From contig NW_027362770.1 in the NCBI RefSeq assembly GCF_046119375.1, positions 194,680,001 through 194,744,000 on the forward strand: 64,000 nucleotides of DNA, written 5' to 3'. The notes beneath the pieces were generated by a model. It was given only the letters and a program-made list of their open reading frames with translations, was not told the DNA's origin and made no database searches. The translations under genes were made by a program, and so were the position numbers. How positions within the stretch are numbered: position 1 is the first letter of the stretch; the number at the start of each line of letters is the position of its first letter. Below, one piece after another: positions 1-11,641 of the stretch. The DNA is from Phyllobates terribilis. Lineage: Eukaryota.

Positions 1-797
1 TTATCCGCTATCCAACCAATAACCTTTTCACACTGCTCTGTGGTCAGTAGTGGTGTTCTGCAATCCCCTAGTAATTGGGACAGGAAGTTTGAGCGAGAAG
101 ATGTGGGTATTTTTTGCGGCACAATTTCAGCTAGCCCACCGCCTCTGCATGCACCATCACAATCACATCTCCCTTCCTCGTCCCTTGCTACGTGCCTTGC
201 CCATTTTAGATGGAGGACAATATTTTCCACGTTCACTACAAAAGACTGGATATGAACTGCAGTTGTATGTAATACGTCTGACGGACAACCACGTTTTGAA
301 ATAGCTGGCTTTTAGGTTACTATTCTTCACAGGGAGCACATGTGAATAGCTTGACCGACACACTGCAACAAACTGCAAATGGAGGCCAATATTTTCCACG
401 TTCAATACAAATTTCTGGATTTTTATCGCTGTAATATGGAAAGGACCTCGCTGTATTCTGCAGTGCCAACAAGCAAATGAAGTTGAAAAATGGTGTTCTC
501 TGGATTGCTTTTTAAGCAAATAATCAGGATTAAGATAAAAAAAAATTGCCCTGGCCCCTGATACATGGGGCTATGTCTACAAATATCTATAACAGCAGCA
601 GCAGACAGAACGTGCAATGGACTTTCTATTGCTGTGTACAATGCACTCTGCCACATACCCTGCCTCCCTGCCTAACTCCTGCTATCACTACTGAATATAT
701 GCAGCTGGATTAGTCCTCAAAATACTCGCCGAGCTTGTCGAGCACACTGATGCTCGGGCGAGTACTGAGTAGTGGCGAGCATGTTCGCTCATCACTA
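1..797 (-). mobile_element. hAT DNA transposon, 5' terminal fragment (continues beyond window start)
   Basis: Homologous to the hAT 5' region at about 32130-33288 and to 45157-45945; ends in the TIR-like CGCTCATCACTA (786-797) after subterminal CTCGGG/CCGAG repeats. Confidence 0.75.
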
Positions 798-799
798 GT

Positions 800-2520
800 A
801 GAGACCCATAACTTGTTATACAAAATACTTTTTCAAAAACCTTGGTTCAGTGTTGGCTCCAGCACGGAGTCTGCACTAAACCGGGCACATGTCAGCTGAT
901 CTATACAGCTGAAATGTGCCCGCAACAGCCGCGGGTGGAATCGCGATCCACCCACGACTGCTAACTAGTTAGAGATTGACAGCGGCATTTAACTTGCGTA
1001 AACCTGATGCACATCAATTACCCTGTCCATCGGTCACCCCATCACATGATCGCGGGTCACCGATGGGTTGGTATGACAACCCGGGGTCTGCAGGAGACCC
1101 CTGTGGTTATCATGGCCAAATTGCTATGAGCGCTGACCAGTGATTGGCGCTCATAGTAAGTGAGCATTTCTGCTACAGAGAGGAGATCTGCTCATCGCTT
1201 CATTAACTCCCATGGAGATGATCAAAACAAGCAGAAAGTGTAAAAAAATGTTTTCAAAAATATTAAAAAAATAAAAAATATATAAAAGTTTAAATCACCC
1301 CCCTTTCGCCCCATTCAAAATAAAACAAGAATCACACATACACATATTTGGTATCGCCGCCTTCAGAATCGCCCGATCTATCAATATAAAAAAAAATTAA
1401 TCTGATCGGTAAAAGGTGTAACAAGAAAAAATTCTAAACGCCAGAATTACGTTTCTGGTCACTGAAACCTTGCAATAAAATACATTAACGGGCGATCAAA
1501 ACATCTACACCAAAATCTATATATATATAATCGTCTTATCCCGTCTGTCTGTCCAGGAAATCCCGCGTCGCTCATTGGTCCGGCAGCGGCCAATCAGCGA
1601 TGCGGCATTTCTGAAAAAAGATGGCGGCCGTTAGCGGCTCATCTGCGGGACGGAGCTCAGTGGCGATGCAGCCGGGAGATGACCGGCGCGAGGCGCTCAT
1701 CTCCCGACCACCGGCGCCGCTGACCTCCATGCAGCTAGGGTGTCAAGGGAGGACCGAGGAGCGGCGCTGTGGGTCGGGATACTTCTGCTGCGAGCAGTCG
1801 CTCATGTCCCGGGTTCTCGCAGCGGAAGTAGCTGCACAGGCAGCGGCGCTCCCCGATCCTCACCAATACGATTCGCTGATTGGTCGCGGTCTCCGCACCC
1901 GACCAATCAGTGATCTTGGCGCAAAAGTTAAACACCGCTGTGCTGATTGGTCGCGGCCGCTGCCCTCGACCAATTACCAATTTGGGCGCCACATTTAAAT
2001 AGCGGCCGCGACCAATCACCGATCTTGGCGCCACATTTAAACACTGCTGTGCTGATTGGTCGTGGACGCTGCTCTGCTGATTGCGCCCGGTCGGCCGCAT
2101 ACATATTCTAGAATACCTGATGCGTTAGAATCGGGCCACCATCTAGTAGTATCAAGAAAAACGTCAGCTCGACACGCAAAAAAAAAAGCCCTCACCCGAC
2201 CCCAGATCCTGAAAAATAGAGACTTTTTTTAAGCAAACTTTGGATCTTTTTTCACCACTTAGATAAAAATATAACCTAGACATGTTTGGTGCCTACGAAC
2301 TCGTAATGACCTGGAGAATAATAATGGCAGCTCAGTGTCAGCAATCAATGAACATGGTAAAAAAAAAAAAAAAAACTGTGTTTTTGCACTTTTTTTTGCA
2401 ATTTCACCACACTTGAAATATTTTCCCCGTTCTCCAGTACACGATATGGTAAAACCAGTGATGTTTACAACTTGTCCCGCAGAAAATAATCCCTCACACG
2501 GCCATATTCCAGTCCGGACG
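800..2520 (+). mobile_element. Fragment of TTAA (piggyBac-like) non-autonomous element, interrupted by a Helitron
   Basis: A-rich blocks similar to the element at 18621-22111 (e.g. CATATTTGGTATC). Sequence is continuous across the Helitron (CCAAAA|TAGTATC). The paralogous copy at 40011-40345 retains the end GGTCATGAAGGGG-TTAA. Confidence 0.5.
1516..2146 (+). mobile_element. Non-autonomous Helitron (H1)
   Basis: 5' TCTATATATA, (GTCT)n, 3' hairpin (CCTGAT...ATCGGG) then CCACCAT-CTAG; inserted between A and T with no TSD; same 3' end as the RepHel-bearing copy at 53166-61690. Confidence 0.88.
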
Positions 2521-2670
2521 GCAGAGGCAGCCGAAGGGCTGAAATATTGGCACATGGGCCCCTCCATGACGTACCCCACCCCCTGCCACCGATATCTGCA
2601 TCCATCCAAACAGCTGCGAATACATTGGTGGAGAGCCGGGCCGTATTGTGAGACAGCAGACGTGGTGACA

Positions 2671-2950
2671 TGTGGGGGGCTCATACTGTATATATGGAGG
2701 CTATGTGGGGGGCTCATACTGTATATATGGAGGCTATATGGGGGGCTCATACTGTATATATGGAGGCTATGTGGGGGGCTCACACTGTATATATGGAGGT
2801 TATGTGGGGGGCTCACTGTATATATGGAGGCTATATGGGGGGATCATACTGTATATATGGAGGCTATGTGGGGGGCTCATACTGTATATATGGAGGTTGT
2901 GTGGGGGGCTCATACTGTATATATGGAGGCTATGTGGGGGGCTCACACTG
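2671..2950. repeat. 33-bp minisatellite, about 8.5 copies
   Basis: Unit TGTGGGGGGCTCATACTGTATATATGGAGGCTA, starts at 2671, 2704, 2737 and so on. Confidence 0.92.
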
Positions 2951-3296
2951 TACATCCTCCCGATACTCCAGAATCCATTACATCAGTCTCCACAGGGAGA
3001 ATTAGGAGCCGGAGTATCAGACACTAATGAGGGACATTTCCCGTGAACATTCGCCGACTCCTCTCCCCCCACACGGATGTGAGGATTTATGTGACCAAGC
3101 ATTAACCCATTCATCTCCTCGCACTAGTATCCCGTGGTTTGTGGCGTTACAATGTGTCGGTGCAGGTTTTCCTGTTTATCTCCTCATACAATCCCCCGTG
3201 GACATGTGTGCCCCTATACACTGTGGGGTAACATCAGCCCCATGTGAGGACATCCCCGAGATCAGCGGCGCCGGCTCTTGTGGTGACGGTGTGGGT

Positions 3297-3312
3297 GGCT
3301 CTTAGAAGAGCC
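3297..3312 (-). terminator. Histone mRNA 3' stem-loop (H2A copy 1)
   Basis: Minus strand CCAAA-GGCTCTTCTAAGAGCC-ACCCA followed by AAGAGC (HDE core). Confidence 0.95.
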
Positions 3313-3349
3313 TTTGGTTGTGTGGATGATACAGGATCGGCTGCAGCGC

Positions 3350-3970
<621 letters not shown>

Positions 3971-5010
3971 ACGTGATAATAATTGTATTAATAATCTTAC
4001 TAATAATTCTATTCCGCTGTGGATTTTCTGGATGATTTTGTATATGAGACACTTTCTCTCTTCTCGGGGATGGAGCTGCCCGGGGACTTGTTACATCCAT
4101 CGCTCCCGATCTGCACCAGTGACTCCATGAAGGGGGACAGGATCTGGACTGGGAGCAGAAGAAAATGCTGAATATTCTGCTCTGTGTCAGGTTGTAGTTT
4201 GCACAGGATGAAGCAGCGAGACGTCGTTATAAGCGGAGAACTTCACTGGCCGGAATCTTATCCCCAGGAATCCGCCTGCAGACAGTGAGGAGGCGCCGCC
4301 ACCGATCACCTACAGCGTCCCCTATTGGTGGCCGGCTGCTCCTCACTACTACCCCCATCATCCGCCGCCTCCCCGGAGTCCTCGTCCTCTATAATCCACA
4401 TGTGAAGGTGGATGAAGCCGATCACATCCCGCTCCTCCCCGCAGCCGGTATTATAGGAGCGGATACTGCGCCACTAATCCGGGGATCAGACCCCTGGGGG
4501 GGAGAAGAGCGGCCGCCGATCAATGAACACGAGCGGATCGTCCGAGAGCCGCCCGACCGGACACCGCGCGATGTACAGACGATACAAAGAGCGGAGAAGC
4601 CATCAGCCAAAGAGCGGGAGATTCAAATTCAGCGATCAGCCAATCAGCACTAAGAAGAACCCCGGCTCCGCCCACAGGAGAACCCGTATCTGTTACCATT
4701 AATGACAATGAGATCCAGACCTGGAAATACATCAATCTGGGAGATTAACATCGATCAGAAGCATCAACCGATCTGGAGAGCAAAGGGTGCGCCCTGAAAG
4801 GGTTAACAGCTGAATAATGGAGAAAGCGGCTCTAGGACCCAGCGCTCCGGGAGAGGACGGGAGTCTATTTGTGGAGAGCGAGAACATCTGTCTCTATATA
4901 CAGCTCCCCTGTATCCCCGATATACCGCGCACTATGAGCCGCTGAGTGCAGCCACATGTCCCCTGATGAGAGGTACAGGACACGGAGCCACACGAGGCAG
5001 TTATACATGT

Positions 5011-5730
5011 GGTGGCACTGATCATACAGCTCTGCAAGGACAAGGTGGTGGCACTGATCATACAGCTCTGCAGGGACAAGGTGGTGGCACTGATCATACA
5101 GCTCTGCGGGGACAAGGTGGTGGATCTGATCATACAGCTCTGCAGGGACAAGGTGGTGGATCTGATCATACAGCTCTGCAGGGACAAGGTGGTGGCACTG
5201 ATCATACAGCTCTGCGGGGACAAAGTAGTGCCACTGATCATACAGCTCTGCGGGGACAAGGTGGTGGATATGACCATACAGCTCTGCGGGGACAAGGTGG
5301 TGGCACTGATCATACAGCTCTACAGGGACAAGTTGGTGGCACTGATCATACAGCTCTGCGGGGACCAGGTGGTGGCACTGATCATACATCTCTGCAGGGA
5401 CAGGTTGGTGGCACTGATCATACACCTCTGCAGGGACAAAGTGGTGCCACTGATCATACAGCTCTGCGGGGACAAGGTGGTGGATCTGATCATACAGCTC
5501 TGCGGGGACAAGGTGGTTGATCTGATCTTACAGCTCTGCGGGGACAAGGTGGTGGCACTGATCATACATCTCTGCAGCGACAAGGGGGTGGCAATTATAC
5601 AGCTCTGCAGGCACAAGGTGATGGTACTGATCATACAGTTCTGCGGTGATAAGGTGGTGGTACTGATCATACAGCACTGCGGGGACAAGGTGGTGGCACT
5701 GATCATACAGCTCTGCGGGGACAAGGTGGT
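5011..5730. repeat. 36-bp minisatellite, 20 copies, abutting the H1 stem-loop
   Basis: Unit GGTGGCACTGATCATACAGCTCTGCAGGGACAAGGT; 720 bp / 36 = 20 copies. Confidence 0.95.
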
Positions 5731-5746
5731 GGCTCTGATAAGAGCC
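5731..5746 (-). terminator. Histone mRNA 3' stem-loop (H1)
   Basis: Minus strand CACAAA-GGCTCTTATCAGAGCC-ACCAC. Confidence 0.93.
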
Positions 5747-5772
5747 TTTGTGGTAGGACAGAGCGGCTCCGC

Positions 5773-6417
5773 TTATTTCTTGGCCGCGAGCTTCTTGGCT
5801 TTAGTCGCCTTCTTAGCCGGACTCTTGGCAGCCTTGGGTTTGGCCGCCTTCTCAGCCGGGCTCTTCGTCACCTTCTTGGGCTTCGGAGCGGCCTTTGGCT
5901 TCTTGGGGCTCTTTGCTGCTTTCTTAGCCGCGGCTGCTGGCTTCTTGGCCTTTTTCGGGTTTTTCTTGGCCGCGGTCGGAGCCTTCTTTGGGGATTTGGC
6001 CGCTTTCTTGGCTGTAGGTCTCTTGGGTTTGGTTGCAGCCGCCGGCTTCTTCTTGGCCGGCTTGTCCTTCGTCTCCTGCTTCTTGTTCAGCTTGAAGGAT
6101 CCGGAGGCGCCGCTGCCCTTCACCTGGAGCAGGGATCCCTTGGTGACCAGAGACCTGACGGCCAGCTTCAGGCGGCTGTTATTCTTCTCCACATCGTACC
6201 CGCCGGCAGCCAGAGCCTTCTTCAAGGCGGCCAGAGACACCCCGCTGCGCTCCTTAGAGGCGGACACGGCTTTGACGATCAGCTCGGACACGCTGGGACC
6301 GGAGGGTTTCTTGCTCTTCTTGGCGGCCCCTGCGGAGGATTTCTTCGGCTGCTTCTTGGCTTTGGTGGCCGGTCCGGCGGGAGGAGGAGGAGCGGCGGCT
6401 GGCGCGGTTTCTGCCAT
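5773..6417 (-). CDS. H1: Replication-dependent linker histone H1, 214 aa
   Basis: [12 protein letters not shown]..., globular domain [45 protein letters not shown]...[10 protein letters not shown], Lys/Ala tail with SPKK motifs, stem-loop downstream; start ATG at 6417. Confidence 0.96.
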   Translation of the reverse strand: MAETAPAAAPPPPAGPATKAKKQPKKSSAGAAKKSKKPSGPSVSELIVKAVSASKERSGVSLAALKKALAAGGYDVEKNNSRLKLAVRSLVTKGSLLQVKGSGASGSFKLNKKQETKDKPAKKKPAAATKPKRPTAKKAAKSPKKAPTAAKKNPKKAKKPAAAAKKAAKSPKKPKAAPKPKKVTKSPAEKAAKPKAAKSPAKKATKAKKLAAKK

Positions 6418-6484
6418 CGTGTGATGAGGAACTGACACAAGAATCTCCTGGAAGGAAAACACTGAGGAGGGAGCTGGAGGCGCC

Positions 6485-6610
6485 TCTTATATGTACAGTC
6501 ACACTGCGCACTGATTGGCTGCCTCCTCCTGAGCTTCTATTGGCTGACACTTGACACACCCCGCCCCCTCATGTCTGAGCCGAGTGAAGCTCCGCTCTCC
6601 CTTGTGCTTC
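6485..6610 (-). promoter_or_regulatory. H1 promoter: TATA-like, two CCAAT boxes, GC box, possible variant AC box
   Basis: ATATAA at about 6487-6492, GCCAAT at about 6514 and 6539, GGGGCGGGG at about 6559-6567, AAGCACA (one mismatch to the H1 AC box AAACACA) near 6603. Confidence 0.65.
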
Positions 6611-7246
6611 CCTGCCCGGGATAAGAGCCCATTACCGGCCAGGTCCGGGCAGCAGAGCGCGCTTCCTCCGAGTCCTCCTCCTCCCTGACATCTCCCCTAC
6701 ATGTCTACAGCCGTCACTGGCGGAGGAGGAGGCAGGAAGGAGCCGAGATCTCCCCATAGTCCTCCCGGGCTGCACCTCACTGTGTATCTGCGGAGATAAA
6801 ACTGCTGCGGGAGCTCGTTCCTTCTATTCCCGGCACCGGTCACCATCACCGGGATCTGTACCCCGATCTGTGTCGTGCAGGAAGCTGATTGTACGATGTG
6901 AGGACGACCTGGATCTGCTGAGAGGCTGTTAACCCTTACACTGCTCTGCTGCATTTCTGCATGCAGTAGTTATCACATTAACTCTTTGCTGCACAGCCCG
7001 GTGACGGCTTCCTCTCCGTGTATCTATCTCTATTGTGATTTGTTGTCGGGTTTTTGATGATCGACACTATAGGTGACCCGGAGCTTGTGTCATAAAGCGG
7101 ATAGTGCTCCGGGGAATCAGACAGGTGTGGGGGAAGTGAAGCGGCTGCCGATCACTGAACAGGAGCAGATCGCCCGATCTGAGAACTCCTTGCAGCTAAT
7201 CTCCCATTACCAGCACAGAGGCCGGGTCATGCTCCCTGCAGGTGTC

Positions 7247-7910
7247 CTCCATGTTGTATAATGCACTCCCCATAGTCCTCCATCTAGTATAATGCACTCC
7301 CCATAGTCCTCCATCTAGTATAATGCACTCCCCATAGTCCTCCATCTAGTATAATGCACTCCCCATAGTCCTCCATCTAGTTAGTATAATGCACTTCCCA
7401 TAGTCCTCCATCTAGTATAATGCACTCCCCATAGTCCTCCTTATAGTATAATGCACTCCCCATAGTCCTCCATATTGTATAATGCACTCCCCATAGTCCT
7501 CCATCTAGTATAATGCACTCCCCATAGTCCTCCATCTAGTATAATGCACTCCCCATAGTCCTCCATCTAGTATAATGCACTCCCCATAGTCCTCCATCTA
7601 GTATAATGCACTCCCCATAGTCCTCCATCTAGTATAATGCACTCCCCATAGTCCTCCATCTAGTATAATGCACTCCCCATAGTCCTCCATCTAGTATAAT
7701 GCACTCCCCATAGTCCTCCATCTAGTATAATGCACTCCCCATAGTCCTCCATCTAGTATAATGCACTCCCCATAGTCCTCCATCTAGTATAATGCACTCC
7801 CCATAGTCCTCCATCTAGTATAATGCACTCCCCATAGTCCTCCATCTAGTATAATGCACTCCCCATAGTCCTCCATCTAGTATAATGCACTCCCCATAGT
7901 CCTCCATCTA
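7247..7910. repeat. 31-bp minisatellite, about 21 copies (CTAG variant)
   Basis: Unit TAGTATAATGCACTCCCCATAGTCCTCCATC. Confidence 0.95.
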
Positions 7911-8065
7911 CACTGCTCAAAAAAATAAAGAGAACACTGAAATCCCCCCTCCTAGATGTGAATGAATGAAATCTTCTCATTGAATACTTTGCTCTGTATG
8001 AAACTGAATGTGCTGACGACAAAATCACGCAAAAACCATCAATGGAAATCACATTTATTAACCAA

Positions 8066-11000
8066 CTAGATGGTGGCCAAATTCTAACGCATCGGGTGTT
8101 CTAGAACAGGGGTCCCCAACCACCGGTCCGCGGACCAGGACCGGGCCATTGGGGGTTTTTTGCCGGTCCTCGCCACTGCCGTAGACAATCACTAAATATT
8201 GATAGTGCGGCGGCTCGGAGCACATTGTGTGGGGTGGATGCTGCCTGCTGTTCTAGACTCCCGCAGGGAACACCGGTAGAGGACCTGTGATGACATCAAG
8301 GTCACATGACTGTGATGTAACCACAGGTCCTGAAGCAGGATTAAGTGAATGCAGCTGAATAGCAGCTGTCAGGACACAGCTGCCCCATCTTGCTGCAGGG
8401 CATGATGGGGCCTCAGTGACACGGCTCCCGGCACAGCACACTATGTGGGGCTCCTGGCATGGCTCCACACCCCGCCCTGCCGGGCCATGAAAAAATGGTC
8501 TTGCTTGAAGCCGGTCCCTGGTGCAAATAAAGTTGGGGACCACTGTTCTAGAATATGTATGCGGCCGACCGGGCGCAATCAGCAGAGCGGTGTTAAAATT
8601 TGGCGCCTATATCGCAGATTGGTCACAGCCAGCGAACGCGACCAATCAGCAGAGCGGGGATTAAATTTGGCGCCAATAATGCTGATTGGTTGCGGCCGGC
8701 AGTCGCGACCAATCAGCAGAGCGTTGTTTACATTTGGCGCCAATCTGGCTGATTGGTTGCGGCTGGGAACCGCGAACAATCAGCAGAGCGCTGTTTAAAT
8801 TTGGCGCCAATCTCGCTGATTAGTCGCGGCTGGAGTCCGCGACCAATCAGCAGAGCGTTGTTTAAATTTGGCGCCAATCTCGCTGATTGGTCGCGTCTGG
8901 CGTCCGCGACCAATCAGCACAGCAGTGTTTAAATGTGGCGCACAAATCGGTGATTGGTCGCGGGCAGCGGCCGCGACCAATCAGCACAGCAATGTTTAAA
9001 TTTTGTGCCAAGATCACTGATTGGTCGGGTGCGGAGAACGCGACCAATCAGCGAATCGTATTGGTTAGGACCGGGGAGCGCCGCTGCCTGTGCAGCTACT
9101 TCCGCTGCGATAAGCCGGGAGATGAGCGACTGCTCGCAGCATAAGTATCCCGACCCGCAGCGCCGCTCCCCGGTCCTCCCTTCCGCATGGATGTCAGCGG
9201 CGCTGCCTGTGCGTCTACTTCCGCTGCGAGCAGCTGGGAGATGAGCGGCCGATCGCAGCAGAAGTATCCCGACCCGCAGCGCCGCTCCCCGGTCCTCCCT
9301 TGACACCCTAGCCGCTGATCTCCCGACAGTATCCTCATGGTGTTACTAAGCTCCATACATTTGTGTTCAAAATCGCTGATTGGTCGCGGGCGCTGGCCGC
9401 GACCAATCACCAATTTGGGCGCCACATTTAAACACCGCTGTGCTGATTGGTCGCCGACGCTGGGCGCGACCAATCACCGATCTTGGTGCCACATTTAAAC
9501 ACCGCTGTGCTGATTGGTCGTCGATGCTGGGCGCGACCAATCACCGATCTTGGCGCCACATTTAAACACCGCTGTGCTGATTGGTCGTCGACGCTGGGCA
9601 CGACCAATCACCAATCTTGGCGCCACATTTAAACACCGTTGTGCTGATTGGTCGCCGACGCTGCCCGCGACCAATCTCCGATCTTGGCGCCACATTTAAA
9701 CACCGCTGTGCTGATTGGTCGCGGCCGATATTTAAATGTGGCAGCCAAATCGGTGATTGGTCGCGGGCAGTGGCAGCGACCACTCAGCGATTTTTAACAC
9801 AAATGTCCGGACCTTTGTAACACCATGCGGATACTGTGGGGACATCAGCGGCTAGGGTGTGAAGGGAGGACCGGGGAGCGGCGCTGCGGGTCCGGATACT
9901 TCTGCTGCGAGCAGTCGCTCATGTCCCGGGTTCTCGCAGCGGAAGTATCCGCACAGGCAGCGCCGCTGAGATCCATGCGGCTAGGGTGTGAAGGGAGGAC
10001 CGGGGAGCGGCGCTGACATCCAATTGGTCGCGGCCGCTATTTAAATGAGCCGCACAAATCGGTGATGGGTCGCGGTCTTGGCCCGCGACCAATCACTGAT
10101 CTTGCCGAAAAAGTTAAACACTACTGTGCTGATTGGTCGCGGACGCTGCCCGCGACCAATCACCGATTTGGGCGCCGCATTTAAATATCGGCCGCGACCA
10201 ATCACCGATCTTGGCTCCACATTTAAACACCGCTGTGCTGATTGGTCGCGGACGCTATTTAAATGTGGCGCCAAAATCGGTGATTGGACGTGGCCAGTGT
10301 CGACGACCAATCAGCACAGCGGTGATTAAATGTGGAGCCAAGATCGGTGATTGGTCGCGGCCGATATTTAAATGCGGCGCCCAAATCGGTGATTGGTCGC
10401 GGGCAGCGTCCGCGACCAATCAGCACAGCGGTGTTTAACTTTTGCGGTAAGATCAGTGATTGGTCGGTTCCGAAGACCGCGACCAATCATCGAATCGTCT
10501 TGGTGAGGACCGGGGAGCAGCGCTGCCTGTGCAGCTACTTCCGCAGCGAGAACCCGGGACATGAGCGGGCGCTCGCAGCAGAAGTATCCCGACCCGCAGC
10601 GCCGCTCCCCGGTTCTCTCTTCACACACTAGCCGCTGATGTCCCCACAGTATCTGCATGGTGTTACAAAGGTCCGGACATTTGTGTTAAAAATCGCTGAT
10701 TGGTCGCTGGCGCTGCCCGCGACCAATCACCGATTTGGGCGCCACATTTAAATATCGGCCGCGACCAATCACCGATCTTGGCTCCACATTTAAACACCGC
10801 TGTGCTGATTGGTCGCCGACGCTGGCCGCGACCAATCACCGATTTTGGCGCCACATTTAAATATCGGCCGCGACCAATCACCGATCTTGGCTCCACATTT
10901 AAACACCGCTGTGCTGATTGGTCGCGGCCGATATTTAAATGTGGCGCCCAAATCGTTGATTGGTCGCTGGCAGCGTCCGCGACCAATCAGCACAGTGGTG

Positions 11001-11543
11001 TTTAACTTTTGCGCTAAGATCAGTGATTGATCGGGTCCGAAGACCGCGACCAATCATCGAATCGTCTTGGTGAGCACCGGGGAGCGGCGCTGCCTGTGCG
11101 GGTACTTCCGCTGCGAGAACCCGAGACATGAGCAGGCGCTCGCAGCAGAAGTATCCATACCCGCAGCGGCGCTCCCCGGTCCTCTCTTCCGCATGGAGGT
11201 CAGCGACGCCGGCGGTCCTTCCGCTGCTACCGGCCGGGAGATGAGCGCCTCGCGCCGGTCATCTCCCGGCTGCATCTCCGGCCCGCAGATGGGTCCGGAG
11301 GTCGAGGTCCTTCTGTTGGTACCGGCCGGGAGATGAGCGCCTCGCGGCGCTCATCTCCCGGCTGCATCGCTGCTGAGATCCGTCCCGCAGATGAGCCGCT
11401 AACGGCCGCCATCTTTTTTCAGAAGTACCGCGGCGCTGATTGGCCGCTGCCGGACCAATGAGCGACGCGGGATTTCCTGGACAGACAGACAGACAGACAG
11501 AAAGACAGACAGACAGACGGGATAAGACGATTATATATATAGA
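8066..11543 (-). mobile_element. Non-autonomous Helitron (H2) nested in Tc1
   Basis: 3' CTAG at 8066-8069 with hairpin; 5' TCTATATATA at 11543. The empty site AACCAA|TGGAGG is seen in the Tc1 copy at about 37870. Confidence 0.9.
8107..8545. mobile_element. hAT-type MITE, 439 bp
   Basis: TIRs CAGGGGTCCCCAAC and CAGTGGTCCCCAAC; perfect 8-bp TSD TTCTAGAA at 8099-8106 and 8546-8553. Confidence 0.92.
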
Positions 11544-11641
11544 CGGAGGCCTGGATTTGGAGTCACATCCAAAATTAAAGAGGAAAAACACACTACAGGC
11601 TGATCCAACTTTGATGTAATGTCCTTAAAACAAGTCAAAAT

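Noticed and set aside
2335-3046. Gly/Tyr-rich keratin-associated-like ORFs (GGSYCIYGGY repeats)
   Set aside because: Product of the 33-bp minisatellite, open in several frames and fused to transposon sequence.
5009-6424. 471-aa plus-strand ORF antisense to H1
   Set aside because: Stop-free because the repeat period (36) is a multiple of 3 and the antisense of a GC-rich Lys/Ala gene rarely has stops; no promoter or homology evident.
8567-11460. Palindromic repeats with variable loops as a CRISPR or REP array
   Set aside because: Eukaryotic context, no cas genes, loops of about 9 nt that recur rather than unique spacers, and the array lies within Helitron termini.
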